A stretch of 64,000 bases of DNA from a phage. Within the stretch, counting starts at the first letter, position 1, and every line of letters begins with the position of its first letter. The stretch is taken from the sequence record PZ445432.1; one strand, 5' to 3'. The notes beneath the pieces were generated by a model that was given only the letters and a program-made list of their open reading frames with translations, did not search any database and was not told the origin of the DNA. A program made the translations under genes and the position numbers. Positions 1 through 9,485 of this stretch are shown here, one piece after another.

Positions 1-1317
1 ATGGAAGTATCAAGACCCTATGTTAATACAGTAGACGTTATTGATTTCGGAATAGACAAACGTTTCTTCCGTCTACCTGTTTCAGGAATATTAGCACAAG
101 AGGGTATTACACCTAACGGCCCTCAAATAGCAATTATCAATGCCCTAGAAGACCCTAGACATCGTTTTGTAACGGCGTGTGTATCACGCCGTGTGGGTAA
201 ATCCTTCATCGCATATACTCTTGGGTTCCTAAAATTGCTGGAACCTAATGTGAAGGTGTTAGTAGTTGCTCCTAACTATTCACTGGCCAACATCGGATGG
301 TCTCAGATTCGTGGTCTTATCAAGAAATATGGGCTACAAACAGAACGTGAAAACGCTAAAGATAAGGAGATTGAGTTATCCAATGGTTCTCTTTTTAAGT
401 TAGCTTCCGCATCCCAGGCTGATTCCGCAGTTGGACGTTCATACGATTTTATCATCTTTGACGAGGCGGCAATTTCCGACGTTGGTGGTGCAGCGTTCGA
501 CATTCAGCTTCGTCCTACGCTAGATAAACCTAATTCTAAGGCTCTATTTATCTCCACTCCTCGTGGTGGTAACTGGTTTAAAGAGTTCTACGAAAAAGGG
601 TTTAATGAAACACTACCTAACTGGGTATCTATTCATGGTACATATCGTGATAACCCCCGTGCTGACCTGAATGATATTGAGGAAGCACGTCGTACAGTTA
701 GTAAAAACTACTTCCGCCAAGAATACGAGGCTGACTTCTCTGTATTCGAAGGTCAGATCTTTGATACCTTTAATGCTATCGATCATGTTAAAGACCTTAA
801 AGGTATGCGTCACTTCTTTAAAGATGACGAAGCCTTCGAAACGTTGCTTGGCATTGACGTTGGTTATCGTGATCCTACAGCAGTTCTTACTATTAAGTAC
901 CACTATGATACAGATACTTACTATGTATTAGAAGAGTACCAGCAGGCGGAGAAAACCACAGCTCAGCATGCTGCTTATATTCAGCACTGTATAGATCGTT
1001 ATAAAGTTGATCGTATCTTCGTTGACTCCGCGGCTGCCCAGTTCCGTCAGGACTTAGCTTATGAGCATGAAATTGCATCAGCCCCAGCTAAAAAATCTGT
1101 TCTAGATGGCCTAGCATGCTTGCAAGCGCTATTCCAGCAGGGCAAGATTATTGTAGATGCTTCATGTTCCTCATTAATCCATGCATTGCAGAACTATAAG
1201 TGGGACTTCCAAGAAGGCGAAGAGAAATTATCGCGTGAAAAACCACGTCATGATGCTAACTCTCACCTTTGTGATGCACTCCGCTATGGAATTTACTCTA
1301 TTTCCCGTGGTAAATAA
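1..1317 (+). CDS. terminase large subunit (T5-like)
   Basis: 438-aa ORF starting at the window edge; Walker A-like RRVGKSF and Walker B-like IIFDEAA motifs; first gene of a collinear T5-type head module. Confidence 0.8.
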   Translation: MEVSRPYVNTVDVIDFGIDKRFFRLPVSGILAQEGITPNGPQIAIINALEDPRHRFVTACVSRRVGKSFIAYTLGFLKLLEPNVKVLVVAPNYSLANIGWSQIRGLIKKYGLQTERENAKDKEIELSNGSLFKLASASQADSAVGRSYDFIIFDEAAISDVGGAAFDIQLRPTLDKPNSKALFISTPRGGNWFKEFYEKGFNETLPNWVSIHGTYRDNPRADLNDIEEARRTVSKNYFRQEYEADFSVFEGQIFDTFNAIDHVKDLKGMRHFFKDDEAFETLLGIDVGYRDPTAVLTIKYHYDTDTYYVLEEYQQAEKTTAQHAAYIQHCIDRYKVDRIFVDSAAAQFRQDLAYEHEIASAPAKKSVLDGLACLQALFQQGKIIVDASCSSLIHALQNYKWDFQEGEEKLSREKPRHDANSHLCDALRYGIYSISRGK

Positions 1318-1330
1318 ATAAGTATAGGAT

Positions 1331-1354
1331 GGGATACCACTCAGTTGGTATCCC
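1331..1354 (+). terminator. stem-loop immediately 3' of the terminase gene (gggatacca-ctcagt-tggtatccc)
   Basis: perfect 9-bp stem read from sequence; no clean U-tract, so it may be a processing or attenuation structure rather than a strong terminator. Confidence 0.3.
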
Positions 1355-1376
1355 ATTCCTGCATTTTAAAATCCCC

Positions 1377-1405
1377 TTTACAAATTCGATACGATTATGT
1401 ATACT
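1377..1405 (+). promoter_or_regulatory. sigma70-like promoter TTTACA-17-TATACT upstream of the HNH gene
   Basis: hexamers and 17-nt spacer read from sequence. Confidence 0.3.
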
Positions 1406-1577
1406 ATATTCATTGATCGGGAGAACCTCTCCCATAATAGAACGTAAACAAGAAAAATTATTTTGCTATGTTGCCTATATTAGAGGTAAAAATACCCGCC
1501 GAGGCAGCATAAAAATCTGTATAGTAGAGTTAATAATAACCGCATACAGTATTATAATAAAAAAGTTAGGAGCATTA

Positions 1578-2015
1578 ATGGCAACTAATGTAAAGTTTAA
1601 ACGTGACGCTATTTCAATCATGCGTGACGGTATAAAATCTAGGTATAGAAGAGGTGATTGCTGTGCCATTTGTGCTAGTAATGATGACCTAGAGTTGCAT
1701 CATTATTTTACTGTTTCTCAATTAGTAAAAAAGTTCGCTAAAGAAAATCACTTAGATTTCACTGATGAGGAAGTTACCCTATCAAATAGGGAAGCATTCT
1801 ATAAGCAATATGAGCGAGAGCTGATTGAAGAAGTAGTAACACTCTGCCAGCATCACCACCAACTGTTACATAAGGTGTACACTAAAGAGCCTCCTTTATT
1901 TTCTGCTAGTAAACAGAAAGCATGGGTTCAAAAGCAGAAAGACAAATTACAGAATCCTCAAGAAAAGACACAAGTCAAGACTGAAACAAAATCAGGATTC
2001 GCAAGGTTCTTATAA
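1578..2015 (+). CDS. HNH homing endonuclease (free-standing)
   Basis: CCAICASNDDLELHHYF and CQHHHQLLH motifs (Cys pairs plus His-rich HNH core); AGGAG 5 nt upstream of the ATG at 1578; the longer ORF from 1329 has no RBS. Confidence 0.7.
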   Translation: MATNVKFKRDAISIMRDGIKSRYRRGDCCAICASNDDLELHHYFTVSQLVKKFAKENHLDFTDEEVTLSNREAFYKQYERELIEEVVTLCQHHHQLLHKVYTKEPPLFSASKQKAWVQKQKDKLQNPQEKTQVKTETKSGFARFL

Positions 2016-3226
2016 TGGGTTTTAAAAGCTGGATTACTGAAAAGCTAAATCCGGGTCAACGTATTATAAGAGACATGGAACCAGTTAGTCATCGCACTAA
2101 CCGTAAGCCTTTTACCACTGGGCAAGCCTATAGCAAGATTGAGATTCTCAATCGAACTGCCAATATGGTTATAGATAGTGCGGCGGAGTGTTCTTATACT
2201 GTCGGAGATAAATATAATATTGTTACGTACGCTAATGGCGTCAAAACAAAGACTCTAGACACTCTCTTAAATGTACGACCTAATCCATTCATGGATATAA
2301 GCACATTCCGTAGACTTGTAGTCACTGACCTACTTTTTGAAGGTTGTGCATACATCTATTGGGATGGCACAGCACTTTACCACGTCCCGGCTGCTCTTAT
2401 GCAGGTCGAGGCAGATGCCAATAAGTTTATCAAAAAATTTACATTTAATAATCAGATAGACTATCGCGTAGATGAGATTATCTTTATAAAGGATAACAGT
2501 TACGTGTGTGGCACAAATTCTCAAATTTCTGGACAATCTCGTGTTGCTACTGTTATTGATTCTCTTGAGAAGCGTTCTAAGATGCTTAACTTTAAAGAGA
2601 AATTCCTCGATAACGGAACCGTGATTGGTCTTATTCTTGAGACGGATGAAATCCTGAACAAGAAATTGCGTGAGCGTAAACAAGAAGAATTACAACTCGA
2701 TTATAATCCTAGTACTGGTCAGTCTACTGTCCTGATTCTAGATGGTGGTATGAAAGCAAAACCGTACTCCCAAATATCCTCTTTTAAAGATCTAGACTTT
2801 AAGGAAGACATCGAAGGATTTAATAAATCCATCTGTCTTGCCTTTGGTGTTCCGCAAGTGTTACTTGATGGTGGTAATAATGCTAACATTCGACCAAACA
2901 TCGAATTGTTCTATTATATGACCATCATTCCTATGCTGAACAAACTGACTAGTTCTCTTACTTTCTTTTTTGGTTATAAGATCACTCCTAATACTAAGGA
3001 AGTCGCAGCATTAACACCAGATAAAGAAGCAGAGGCTAAACATTTAACCTCATTGGTTAATAATGGTATTATAACCGGTAACGAAGCTCGTTCAGAGCTG
3101 AACCTTGAGCCTTTAGATGATGAGCAGATGAATAAGATCCGTATTCCTGCTAACGTCGCTGGTTCTGCAACAGGTGTATCTGGTCAAGAAGGTGGTAGAC
3201 CTAAAGATTCCACCGAGGGAGATTAA
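2015..3226 (+). CDS. portal protein (pb7-like)
   Basis: 403-aa ORF directly after terminase/HNH; size and position match the T5 portal. Confidence 0.75.
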   Translation: MGFKSWITEKLNPGQRIIRDMEPVSHRTNRKPFTTGQAYSKIEILNRTANMVIDSAAECSYTVGDKYNIVTYANGVKTKTLDTLLNVRPNPFMDISTFRRLVVTDLLFEGCAYIYWDGTALYHVPAALMQVEADANKFIKKFTFNNQIDYRVDEIIFIKDNSYVCGTNSQISGQSRVATVIDSLEKRSKMLNFKEKFLDNGTVIGLILETDEILNKKLRERKQEELQLDYNPSTGQSTVLILDGGMKAKPYSQISSFKDLDFKEDIEGFNKSICLAFGVPQVLLDGGNNANIRPNIELFYYMTIIPMLNKLTSSLTFFFGYKITPNTKEVAALTPDKEAEAKHLTSLVNNGIITGNEARSELNLEPLDDEQMNKIRIPANVAGSATGVSGQEGGRPKDSTEGD

Positions 3227-3228
3227 GA

Positions 3229-3552
3229 ATGATTGATTATGATGGTCTAAAGGCCATTTTTGGTGAAAAGCTGCCAGAATCTCATATCTTCTTTGCTACG
3301 GTTGCTGCTCATAAGTATGTTCCTAGCTGTGCTTTTCTGCGTAGAGAACTAGGACTTTCATCTGAGTATACTAACCGTAAAGTATGGAAGAAATTTGTAG
3401 AGGCTTATGGTGCAGCAGTTCCAACTACTCCACCACTAACTACTTCTAAAGATTTAACTGCTAGCATGCCTGTTAAAGGTGGAGCAACGGTGACAGATAG
3501 TAAGGATTCTACCGCTGGTACAGTGACGGTTAATCCCGGTGTTGGAGACTAA
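3229..3552 (+). CDS. hypothetical protein between portal and protease
   Basis: 107-aa ORF with GGGAG RBS; Thr/Val-rich C-terminus. Confidence 0.5.
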   Translation: MIDYDGLKAIFGEKLPESHIFFATVAAHKYVPSCAFLRRELGLSSEYTNRKVWKKFVEAYGAAVPTTPPLTTSKDLTASMPVKGGATVTDSKDSTAGTVTVNPGVGD

Positions 3553-3555
3553 TAA

Positions 3556-4188
3556 ATGACACAAGCTGCTATTGACTATAACAAGTTAAAATCAGCACCG
3601 GTTCATTTAGACGCTTACATTAAGTCTATTGATAGCGAATCCAAAGAGGGTGTTATAAAAATCCGTGGATTCGCTAATACAATTAGTAAAGATCGCGCTG
3701 GTGATGTAATTCCTGCTTCTGCGTGGAAAACATCTAATGCACTTACTAACTACATGAAAAACCCGATTATTCTTTTTGGGCATGATCATCGTCGTCCAAT
3801 CGGTAAGTGTATTGATCTCAACCCTACTGAAATGGGTCTCGAAATCGAATGCGAGATCTATGAAAGTTCTGACCCGGCTATCTTTTCACTAATTAAAAAC
3901 GGTGTACTGAAAACCTTCAGTATCGGATTCCGCTGCCTAGACGCAGAGTGGGATGAAGCTACTGATATATTTATTATTAAAGATTTAGAACTATACGAAG
4001 TTTCGGTAGTTTCTGTACCTTGTAATCAGGACTCAACGTTCAATCTCGCTAAGAGCATGAATGGTCATGAGTATACTGAATGGCGTAAATCTTTTACTGC
4101 AATAAGTTCTAAAGCTGTCCCAGCTCAAGAACGTAATCTTTCTGAACTAGAAAAACTTGCGATAGCTTTAGGCTACGTTAAAGAATAA
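3556..4188 (+). CDS. prohead protease (pb11-like)
   Basis: 210-aa ORF immediately upstream of the capsid gene; size and position as in T5. Confidence 0.7.
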   Translation: MTQAAIDYNKLKSAPVHLDAYIKSIDSESKEGVIKIRGFANTISKDRAGDVIPASAWKTSNALTNYMKNPIILFGHDHRRPIGKCIDLNPTEMGLEIECEIYESSDPAIFSLIKNGVLKTFSIGFRCLDAEWDEATDIFIIKDLELYEVSVVSVPCNQDSTFNLAKSMNGHEYTEWRKSFTAISSKAVPAQERNLSELEKLAIALGYVKE

Positions 4189-4205
4189 CGGAGAATTATT
4201 TAAAA

Positions 4206-5582
4206 ATGACTATTGATATTAATAAGCTGAAAGAAGAACTTGGTCTGGGTGATCTGGCTAAATCTCTGGAAGGTCTGACCGCTGCTCAGAAAGCTCAGGA
4301 AGCTGAACGTATGCGTAAAGAGCAGGAAGAAAAAGAACTGGCTCGTATGAATGACCTGGTTTCTAAAGCAGTTGGCGAAGACCGTAAGCGTCTGGAAGAA
4401 GCTCTGGAACTGGTTAAATCCCTGGATGAAAAATCTAAGAAGAGCGCAGAACTGTTTGCACAGACTGTAGAAAAGCAGCAGGAAACCATCGTTGGTCTTC
4501 AGGACGAAATCAAGTCTCTGCTGGCAGCTCGCGAAGGTCGTTCCTTCGTTGGTGATAGTGTTGCTAAAGCACTGTACGGTACTCAGGAAGCCTTTGAAGA
4601 TGAAGTTGAAAAACTGGTTCTGTTATCTTATGTAATGGAAAAAGGCGTATTCGAAACTGAACATGGTCAGAATCACCTTAAAGCTGTAAACACCTCTTCT
4701 TCAGTTCAGGTTTCCAGTGAAAACTACGAAACTATTTTCTCCCAGCGTATTATTCGTGACCTGCAGAAAGAACTAGTAGTTGGTGCTCTGTTTGAAGAAC
4801 TGCCAATGTCCAGCAAAATTCTTACTATGCTGGTTGAACCAGATGCTGGTAAAGCTACTTGGGTAGATGCTTCTGCCTACGGTACTGACACTACTACTGG
4901 TGATGAAGTTAAAGGGGCTCTTAAAGAAATCCAGTTTAAAACATACAAACTGGCTGCTAAGTCCTTCATTACTGATGAAACTGAAGAAGATGCAATTTTC
5001 TCCCTGCTGCCTCTGCTGCGTAAGCGTCTGATTGAAGCACACGCTGTTTCTATCGAAGAAGCTTTCATGACTGGTGATGGTTCTGGTAAACCGAAAGGTC
5101 TGCTGAAACTGGCTGCTGATGATGGTGCTAAGGTTGTCACAGAAGCTAAAGCTGACGGTTCCGTAAAGGTAACTGCTAAGATTATCTCTAAACTGCGTCG
5201 TAAACTGGGCCGTCATGGTCTGAAACTGAGCAAGCTGGTACTGATTGTATCTATGGATGCTTACTACGATCTGCTGGAAGATGAAGAATGGCAGGATGTT
5301 GCACAGGTTGGTAACGATGCTGTTAAACTGCAGGGTCAGGTTGGTCGTATTTATGGTCTGCCGGTTGTAGTTTCCGAGTATTTCCCGACTAAAGCTACCT
5401 CAGCAGAGTTCGCAGTTATTGTTTATAAAGATAACTTCGTAATGCCGCGTCAGCGTGCTGTTACTGTTGAACGTGAGCGCCAAGCTGGTAAACAGCGTGA
5501 TGCATACTACGTTACTCAGCGTGTTAACCTGCAACGTTACTTTAATAATGGCGTTGTATCTGGTGCTTACGCTGCATCTTAA
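4206..5582 (+). CDS. major capsid protein with N-terminal scaffolding (delta) domain (pb8-like)
   Basis: 458-aa ORF; N-terminal ~150 aa coiled-coil rich in E/K/L typical of a fused scaffold; strong E. coli-type high-expression codon usage (CTG, CGT, GGT). Confidence 0.85.
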   Translation: MTIDINKLKEELGLGDLAKSLEGLTAAQKAQEAERMRKEQEEKELARMNDLVSKAVGEDRKRLEEALELVKSLDEKSKKSAELFAQTVEKQQETIVGLQDEIKSLLAAREGRSFVGDSVAKALYGTQEAFEDEVEKLVLLSYVMEKGVFETEHGQNHLKAVNTSSSVQVSSENYETIFSQRIIRDLQKELVVGALFEELPMSSKILTMLVEPDAGKATWVDASAYGTDTTTGDEVKGALKEIQFKTYKLAAKSFITDETEEDAIFSLLPLLRKRLIEAHAVSIEEAFMTGDGSGKPKGLLKLAADDGAKVVTEAKADGSVKVTAKIISKLRRKLGRHGLKLSKLVLIVSMDAYYDLLEDEEWQDVAQVGNDAVKLQGQVGRIYGLPVVVSEYFPTKATSAEFAVIVYKDNFVMPRQRAVTVERERQAGKQRDAYYVTQRVNLQRYFNNGVVSGAYAAS

Positions 5583-5595
5583 TATTGACTACTAT

Positions 5596-5615
5596 ACCCT
5601 CTCTTTTGAGAGGGT
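5596..5615 (+). terminator. hairpin after the capsid gene (accctctc-tttt-gagagggt)
   Basis: 8-bp stem read from sequence; weak U-tract. Confidence 0.4.
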
Positions 5616-5638
5616 ATACCATATGACAGTTCATTCAT

Positions 5639-5959
5639 ATGGTATACTTGTATGGGGGCTATCAAATGGCAGGAAAAGCGATACCTTATGAAATAAGGGA
5701 AAAGCAAATTCTAGAAATTTGCGAAAAAGAAGGATATGTATATAAAGGGGTGGTTGGTACCTTTAAGAATTCAGAATCCAAAATACTGATAGAATGCACT
5801 AAGGATGGTAATTGTTGGACTCCACGCATACGTAATTTTGTCAATACTGGTTCACGATGCCCAAAATGTTGTCAAACACGTTTTTTGAAGGCAAAAGAAA
5901 ATAAAGTAGTCTCTATAGAAGATACTCCTGCTATTTTTTTATATTCAAAGATTGACTAA
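5639..5959 (+). CDS. small Cys-rich protein (possible zinc ribbon); may be the 5' part of a frameshifted GIY-YIG-type endonuclease gene
   Basis: ECTKDGNCW ... CPKCC cysteine cluster; C-terminus AIFLYSKID resembles a GIY motif; overlaps the next ORF by 8 nt in another frame. Confidence 0.35.
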   Translation: MVYLYGGYQMAGKAIPYEIREKQILEICEKEGYVYKGVVGTFKNSESKILIECTKDGNCWTPRIRNFVNTGSRCPKCCQTRFLKAKENKVVSIEDTPAIFLYSKID

Positions 5960-6236
5960 CAATTATCACTCAGTTCTAAAATATGGAATAACTTCCCGAA
6001 ATATTGATGTTCGGATTAGAGAACAATCACGAGTATCAGCCTATACTCACGAACTACTCCTATCAGTGCAACTACCTTCTAGACAGGAGGCATTTATGTT
6101 AGAAGCCTTAGTAAAACAGGCTATTCCTTCTGGGTTTCTTACTCCTGCTCTTCTCCCTGATGGGTATACAGAAACCTGTCTTGAAAAATACCTGCCAGAG
6201 ATAAAACATATAGTTTATAATTATATGTTTTCCTAG
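5952..6236 (+). CDS. GIY-YIG-like fragment (YIG half)
   Basis: VLKYGITSRNIDVRIREQ resembles the YIG-T...R segment of GIY-YIG nucleases (compared from memory to I-TevI); begins in the +1 frame relative to 5639-5959. Confidence 0.35.
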   Translation: MTNNYHSVLKYGITSRNIDVRIREQSRVSAYTHELLLSVQLPSRQEAFMLEALVKQAIPSGFLTPALLPDGYTETCLEKYLPEIKHIVYNYMFS

Positions 6237-6248
6237 TAACGGCTCTTT

Positions 6249-6279
6249 AGCCGAAAGAGAGCTTCGGCTCTCTTTTTTA
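6249..6279 (+). terminator. rho-independent terminator (agccgaa-agagagc-ttcggct + T-run)
   Basis: stem-loop followed by TCTTTTTT; directly followed by the TATTGGAAAAATAAA box. Confidence 0.6.
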
Positions 6280-6291
6280 TTGGAAAAATAA

Positions 6292-6804
6292 ATGCAAATC
6301 ATCACTGTTGAAGACTACAGACTATATGCTAATGCAAAGCGACCTGATATGGAAACTCAGGTTGAGATGATGATTAAAGCTGCCAATACGCTGATCACAA
6401 GCCTTCTAGGTATGGATGATGCAGATGCGGTAGATCAATTAATCATTACAAAACCTAGCCGTAGGAAATATTTCCTGAGTTCTCCCGCAGCCACATCTAT
6501 TACAAAGATGACTATTAACGGGGATGAAATAGGCCCGGAACAGTTTAAATTGTACCCTGATGGTGTTATTCTTCTTAAATTTAATCCTCCTGAGGGATAT
6601 ATGGATGTAGAATATACCAAAGGTGGTTTCAATCCAATGCCTGAAGATCTTAAGCTGGCAGCATGCCTGTTAGTAGATCACTGGCATAAGCAAGATTATC
6701 GTCAAGCCAAGACTATTGGTGGGGAGACAATTACGTTTAATAGCACTAAGTCTGGTATTCCAGAGCATATTCGTACAATCGTCGAAGTATATAGGAGAGT
6801 ATAA
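6292..6804 (+). CDS. head completion / neck protein (p144-like)
   Basis: 170-aa ORF at the conserved position between the capsid and tail genes. Confidence 0.45.
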   Translation: MQIITVEDYRLYANAKRPDMETQVEMMIKAANTLITSLLGMDDADAVDQLIITKPSRRKYFLSSPAATSITKMTINGDEIGPEQFKLYPDGVILLKFNPPEGYMDVEYTKGGFNPMPEDLKLAACLLVDHWHKQDYRQAKTIGGETITFNSTKSGIPEHIRTIVEVYRRV

Positions 6805-7571
6805 TGGCTCTTTCTGATATAGCTACACAAATTATTAAAGAGCAGCTAGATACTGCTGGACGATCTGAGAATAATAAGAATACTGTTGTATACACAGTTG
6901 AGACTGGTTTGAAAGATCCTACAAGAGACGGTACAGTTGCACAGGTATCTTTTAAGTTCTCTAAACCAGTATCTCAAGATTTACTTAATGTTAGGACTGC
7001 TTCTATCCTAAAAGCTGTATCTTCTAGCTTAGATCTAACAGGAGACTTAGGTGCTTTAGAAAGCCTTATTCAATCAACCGCAGGCAAGAAATCTTCTGTA
7101 GGTAAAAAACGCTCTACCGGTAGAGTTCAAGTAAACTTTGGGGATCCTAGAGATACTGAAGATGGCTATTCTGGTGCAGTAACAGGTGCTTCCGGTCGTT
7201 TCGTATCGAATAGTAACATGCGTGCTATTCTCGAAATAGTTGCTAAGGAATATTTGATAAAAGATATGAAAAAGGCAGGAGCACCATTAAAATTTAGAAC
7301 CGGTCGCTTTGCTAACTCCTTAAAGATTAAAGACGTTATGCTTAGAGATGCTGGAACTAGCAAAGGTGCTCCTGAATTAAATGTTACATATAATTATATG
7401 GTACGTCCATATTCTGTGTTCAATCCGGCAGTATCTACATACAGAAGATTATCTCTACGACCTTATCCTGGCGCTAGAAACCCACAAAAACTTATTGGTG
7501 AGGCTATAGCAAAAGCTGCAAGAGACCTGATTCACTCCAGGTACAAAATTAAGGTTAATCAAGGAACCTAA
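6804..7571 (+). CDS. tail completion protein (p143-like)
   Basis: 255-aa ORF translationally coupled (ATG overlaps the upstream stop); position in the module. Confidence 0.4.
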   Translation: MALSDIATQIIKEQLDTAGRSENNKNTVVYTVETGLKDPTRDGTVAQVSFKFSKPVSQDLLNVRTASILKAVSSSLDLTGDLGALESLIQSTAGKKSSVGKKRSTGRVQVNFGDPRDTEDGYSGAVTGASGRFVSNSNMRAILEIVAKEYLIKDMKKAGAPLKFRTGRFANSLKIKDVMLRDAGTSKGAPELNVTYNYMVRPYSVFNPAVSTYRRLSLRPYPGARNPQKLIGEAIAKAARDLIHSRYKIKVNQGT

Positions 7572-7574
7572 TAA

Positions 7575-8063
7575 ATGGATCACAGAACAAGTATAGCACA
7601 AGCTCTGGTTGACCGAATAGCCAAACAAATGGATGGCTCTCAACCAGATGAATATTTTAATAACTTGTATGGAAACGTCTCACGTCAAACTTATAAGTTT
7701 GAGGAGATACGAGAGTTTCCTTATGTAGCAGTCCATATTGGAACTGAAACTGGGCAGTATCTTCCTTCTGGTCAGCAGTGGATGTTTTTAGAACTTCCGA
7801 TACTAGTATATGATAAAGAGAAGGATGGAGATATTCAATCTTCCCTAGAAAAACTCGTAGCGGATATAAAAACCGTTATTGACACAGGTGGAAATTTAGA
7901 ATATACTGTTAGTAAACCTGATGGATCGACCTTCCTATGTGAGGCGACTGATATGAGCATTACATCAGTTAGTACAGATGAGGGTCTACTGGCCCCATAT
8001 GGTTTAGCAGAAATAAATGTAACAGTGAGGTATCAGCCTCCACGTAGGTCACTTCGCAGATAA
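7575..8063 (+). CDS. tail terminator protein (p142-like)
   Basis: 162-aa ORF immediately upstream of the tail tube gene. Confidence 0.4.
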   Translation: MDHRTSIAQALVDRIAKQMDGSQPDEYFNNLYGNVSRQTYKFEEIREFPYVAVHIGTETGQYLPSGQQWMFLELPILVYDKEKDGDIQSSLEKLVADIKTVIDTGGNLEYTVSKPDGSTFLCEATDMSITSVSTDEGLLAPYGLAEINVTVRYQPPRRSLRR

Positions 8064-8089
8064 GTTACAGATTAGGAGAAAATAATTAA

Positions 8090-9481
8090 ATGTCTTTACA
8101 ACTATTACGTAATACTCGAATCTTCGTGTCTACGGTTAAGACTGGTCATAATAAGACCAACACGCAAGAGATTCTAGTTCAGGATGATATTTCTTGGGGT
8201 CAGGACAGTAACACAACGGATATTACTGTTAATGAAGCGGGCCCACGTCCTACTCGTGGTTCTAAACGTTTTAATGACTCTTTAAGCGCAGCTGAGTGGA
8301 GTTTTTCTACTTATATACTGCCATACAGGGATAAAACCTCTAATAAACAGATTGTTCCCGACTACATGTTATGGCATGCACTTTCTAGTGGCAAACCCAT
8401 TAACCTTGCAGGTGATACTGGCGCACATAATAATGCTGCTAACTTTATGGTTAATTTCAAAGATAATGCCTACCATGAGCTGGCAATGTTACATATATAC
8501 ATCTTAACTGATAAGGTATGGAGCTATATTGATTCCTGCCAGATTAACCAAGCAGAAGTAAACGTTGATATCGAGGATATAGGTCGTGTGACCTGGTCTG
8601 GTAATGGTAACCAGCTAATACCTCTTGATAGACAGCCATTTGACCCGGATGAAATAGGTATTGATGATGAAACTTATATGACTCTCCAGAGTTCTTATAT
8701 CAAGAATAAACTAACGATCTTGAAGATTAAGAACATGGATACCAATAAGTCTTATGATATACCAATTACTGGTGGTACTTTTACCATTAATAATAATATT
8801 ACCTACTTAACACCTAACGTAATGTCCCGTGTTAATATTCCAATTGGCTCATTTACAGGTGCATTTGAATTAACAGGTTCCTTAACTGCTTATTTGAATG
8901 ATAAATCTCTTGGCTCTATGGAGCTATATAAAGATCTTGTCAAAACTCTTAAGGTAGTTAACCGTTTTGAGATTGCCCTAATACTAGGGGGAGAGTATAC
9001 TGAGGGGCGTCCTGCCGCTGTTCTAGTAGCTAAGCAGGCACACGTTAACATCCCTACTATTGAGACGGATGATGTGCTAGGTACTTCGGTAGAATTTAAA
9101 GCTATTCCATCAGAGCTGGATTCTGGAGACGAGGGTTACTTAGGCTTCTCTAGTAATTATACTAAATCAGCTATTAATAACTTGATTGTTAATGGTGACG
9201 GTGCTGTTGATGCTGTAACAGCAATTACTGTTAAATCTGCTGGTAATGCTACTTCTGTTCGGACTGGACAAACTCTTCAGATGAGTGTTGAAGTTACCCC
9301 TTCTTCTGCAAAGAATAAGGATGTTACTTGGGCTATCACCAGCGGTGACGCAGCTACTATCAATGCAGCAGGACTATTAACAGCCCATGCTAGTAAAACA
9401 GGTGCGGTAACTGTTGAAGCTACAGCTAAGGATGGTTCTGGAGTTAAAGGCACTAAAGTTATTACTGTAACAGGTGGTTAA
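8090..9481 (+). CDS. major tail tube protein with C-terminal Ig-like (Big_2-type) domain (pb6-like)
   Basis: 463 aa; C-terminal ~80 aa VTAITVKSAGNATSVRTGQTLQMSVEVTP...VTVEATAKDGSG has a bacterial Ig-like signature. Confidence 0.75.
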   Translation: MSLQLLRNTRIFVSTVKTGHNKTNTQEILVQDDISWGQDSNTTDITVNEAGPRPTRGSKRFNDSLSAAEWSFSTYILPYRDKTSNKQIVPDYMLWHALSSGKPINLAGDTGAHNNAANFMVNFKDNAYHELAMLHIYILTDKVWSYIDSCQINQAEVNVDIEDIGRVTWSGNGNQLIPLDRQPFDPDEIGIDDETYMTLQSSYIKNKLTILKIKNMDTNKSYDIPITGGTFTINNNITYLTPNVMSRVNIPIGSFTGAFELTGSLTAYLNDKSLGSMELYKDLVKTLKVVNRFEIALILGGEYTEGRPAAVLVAKQAHVNIPTIETDDVLGTSVEFKAIPSELDSGDEGYLGFSSNYTKSAINNLIVNGDGAVDAVTAITVKSAGNATSVRTGQTLQMSVEVTPSSAKNKDVTWAITSGDAATINAAGLLTAHASKTGAVTVEATAKDGSGVKGTKVITVTGG

Positions 9482-9485
9482 TTAA

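Noticed and set aside
4773-5216. Minus-strand ORFs (147 and 87 aa) inside the major capsid gene
   Set aside because: Antisense to a strongly codon-biased structural gene; no start signals.
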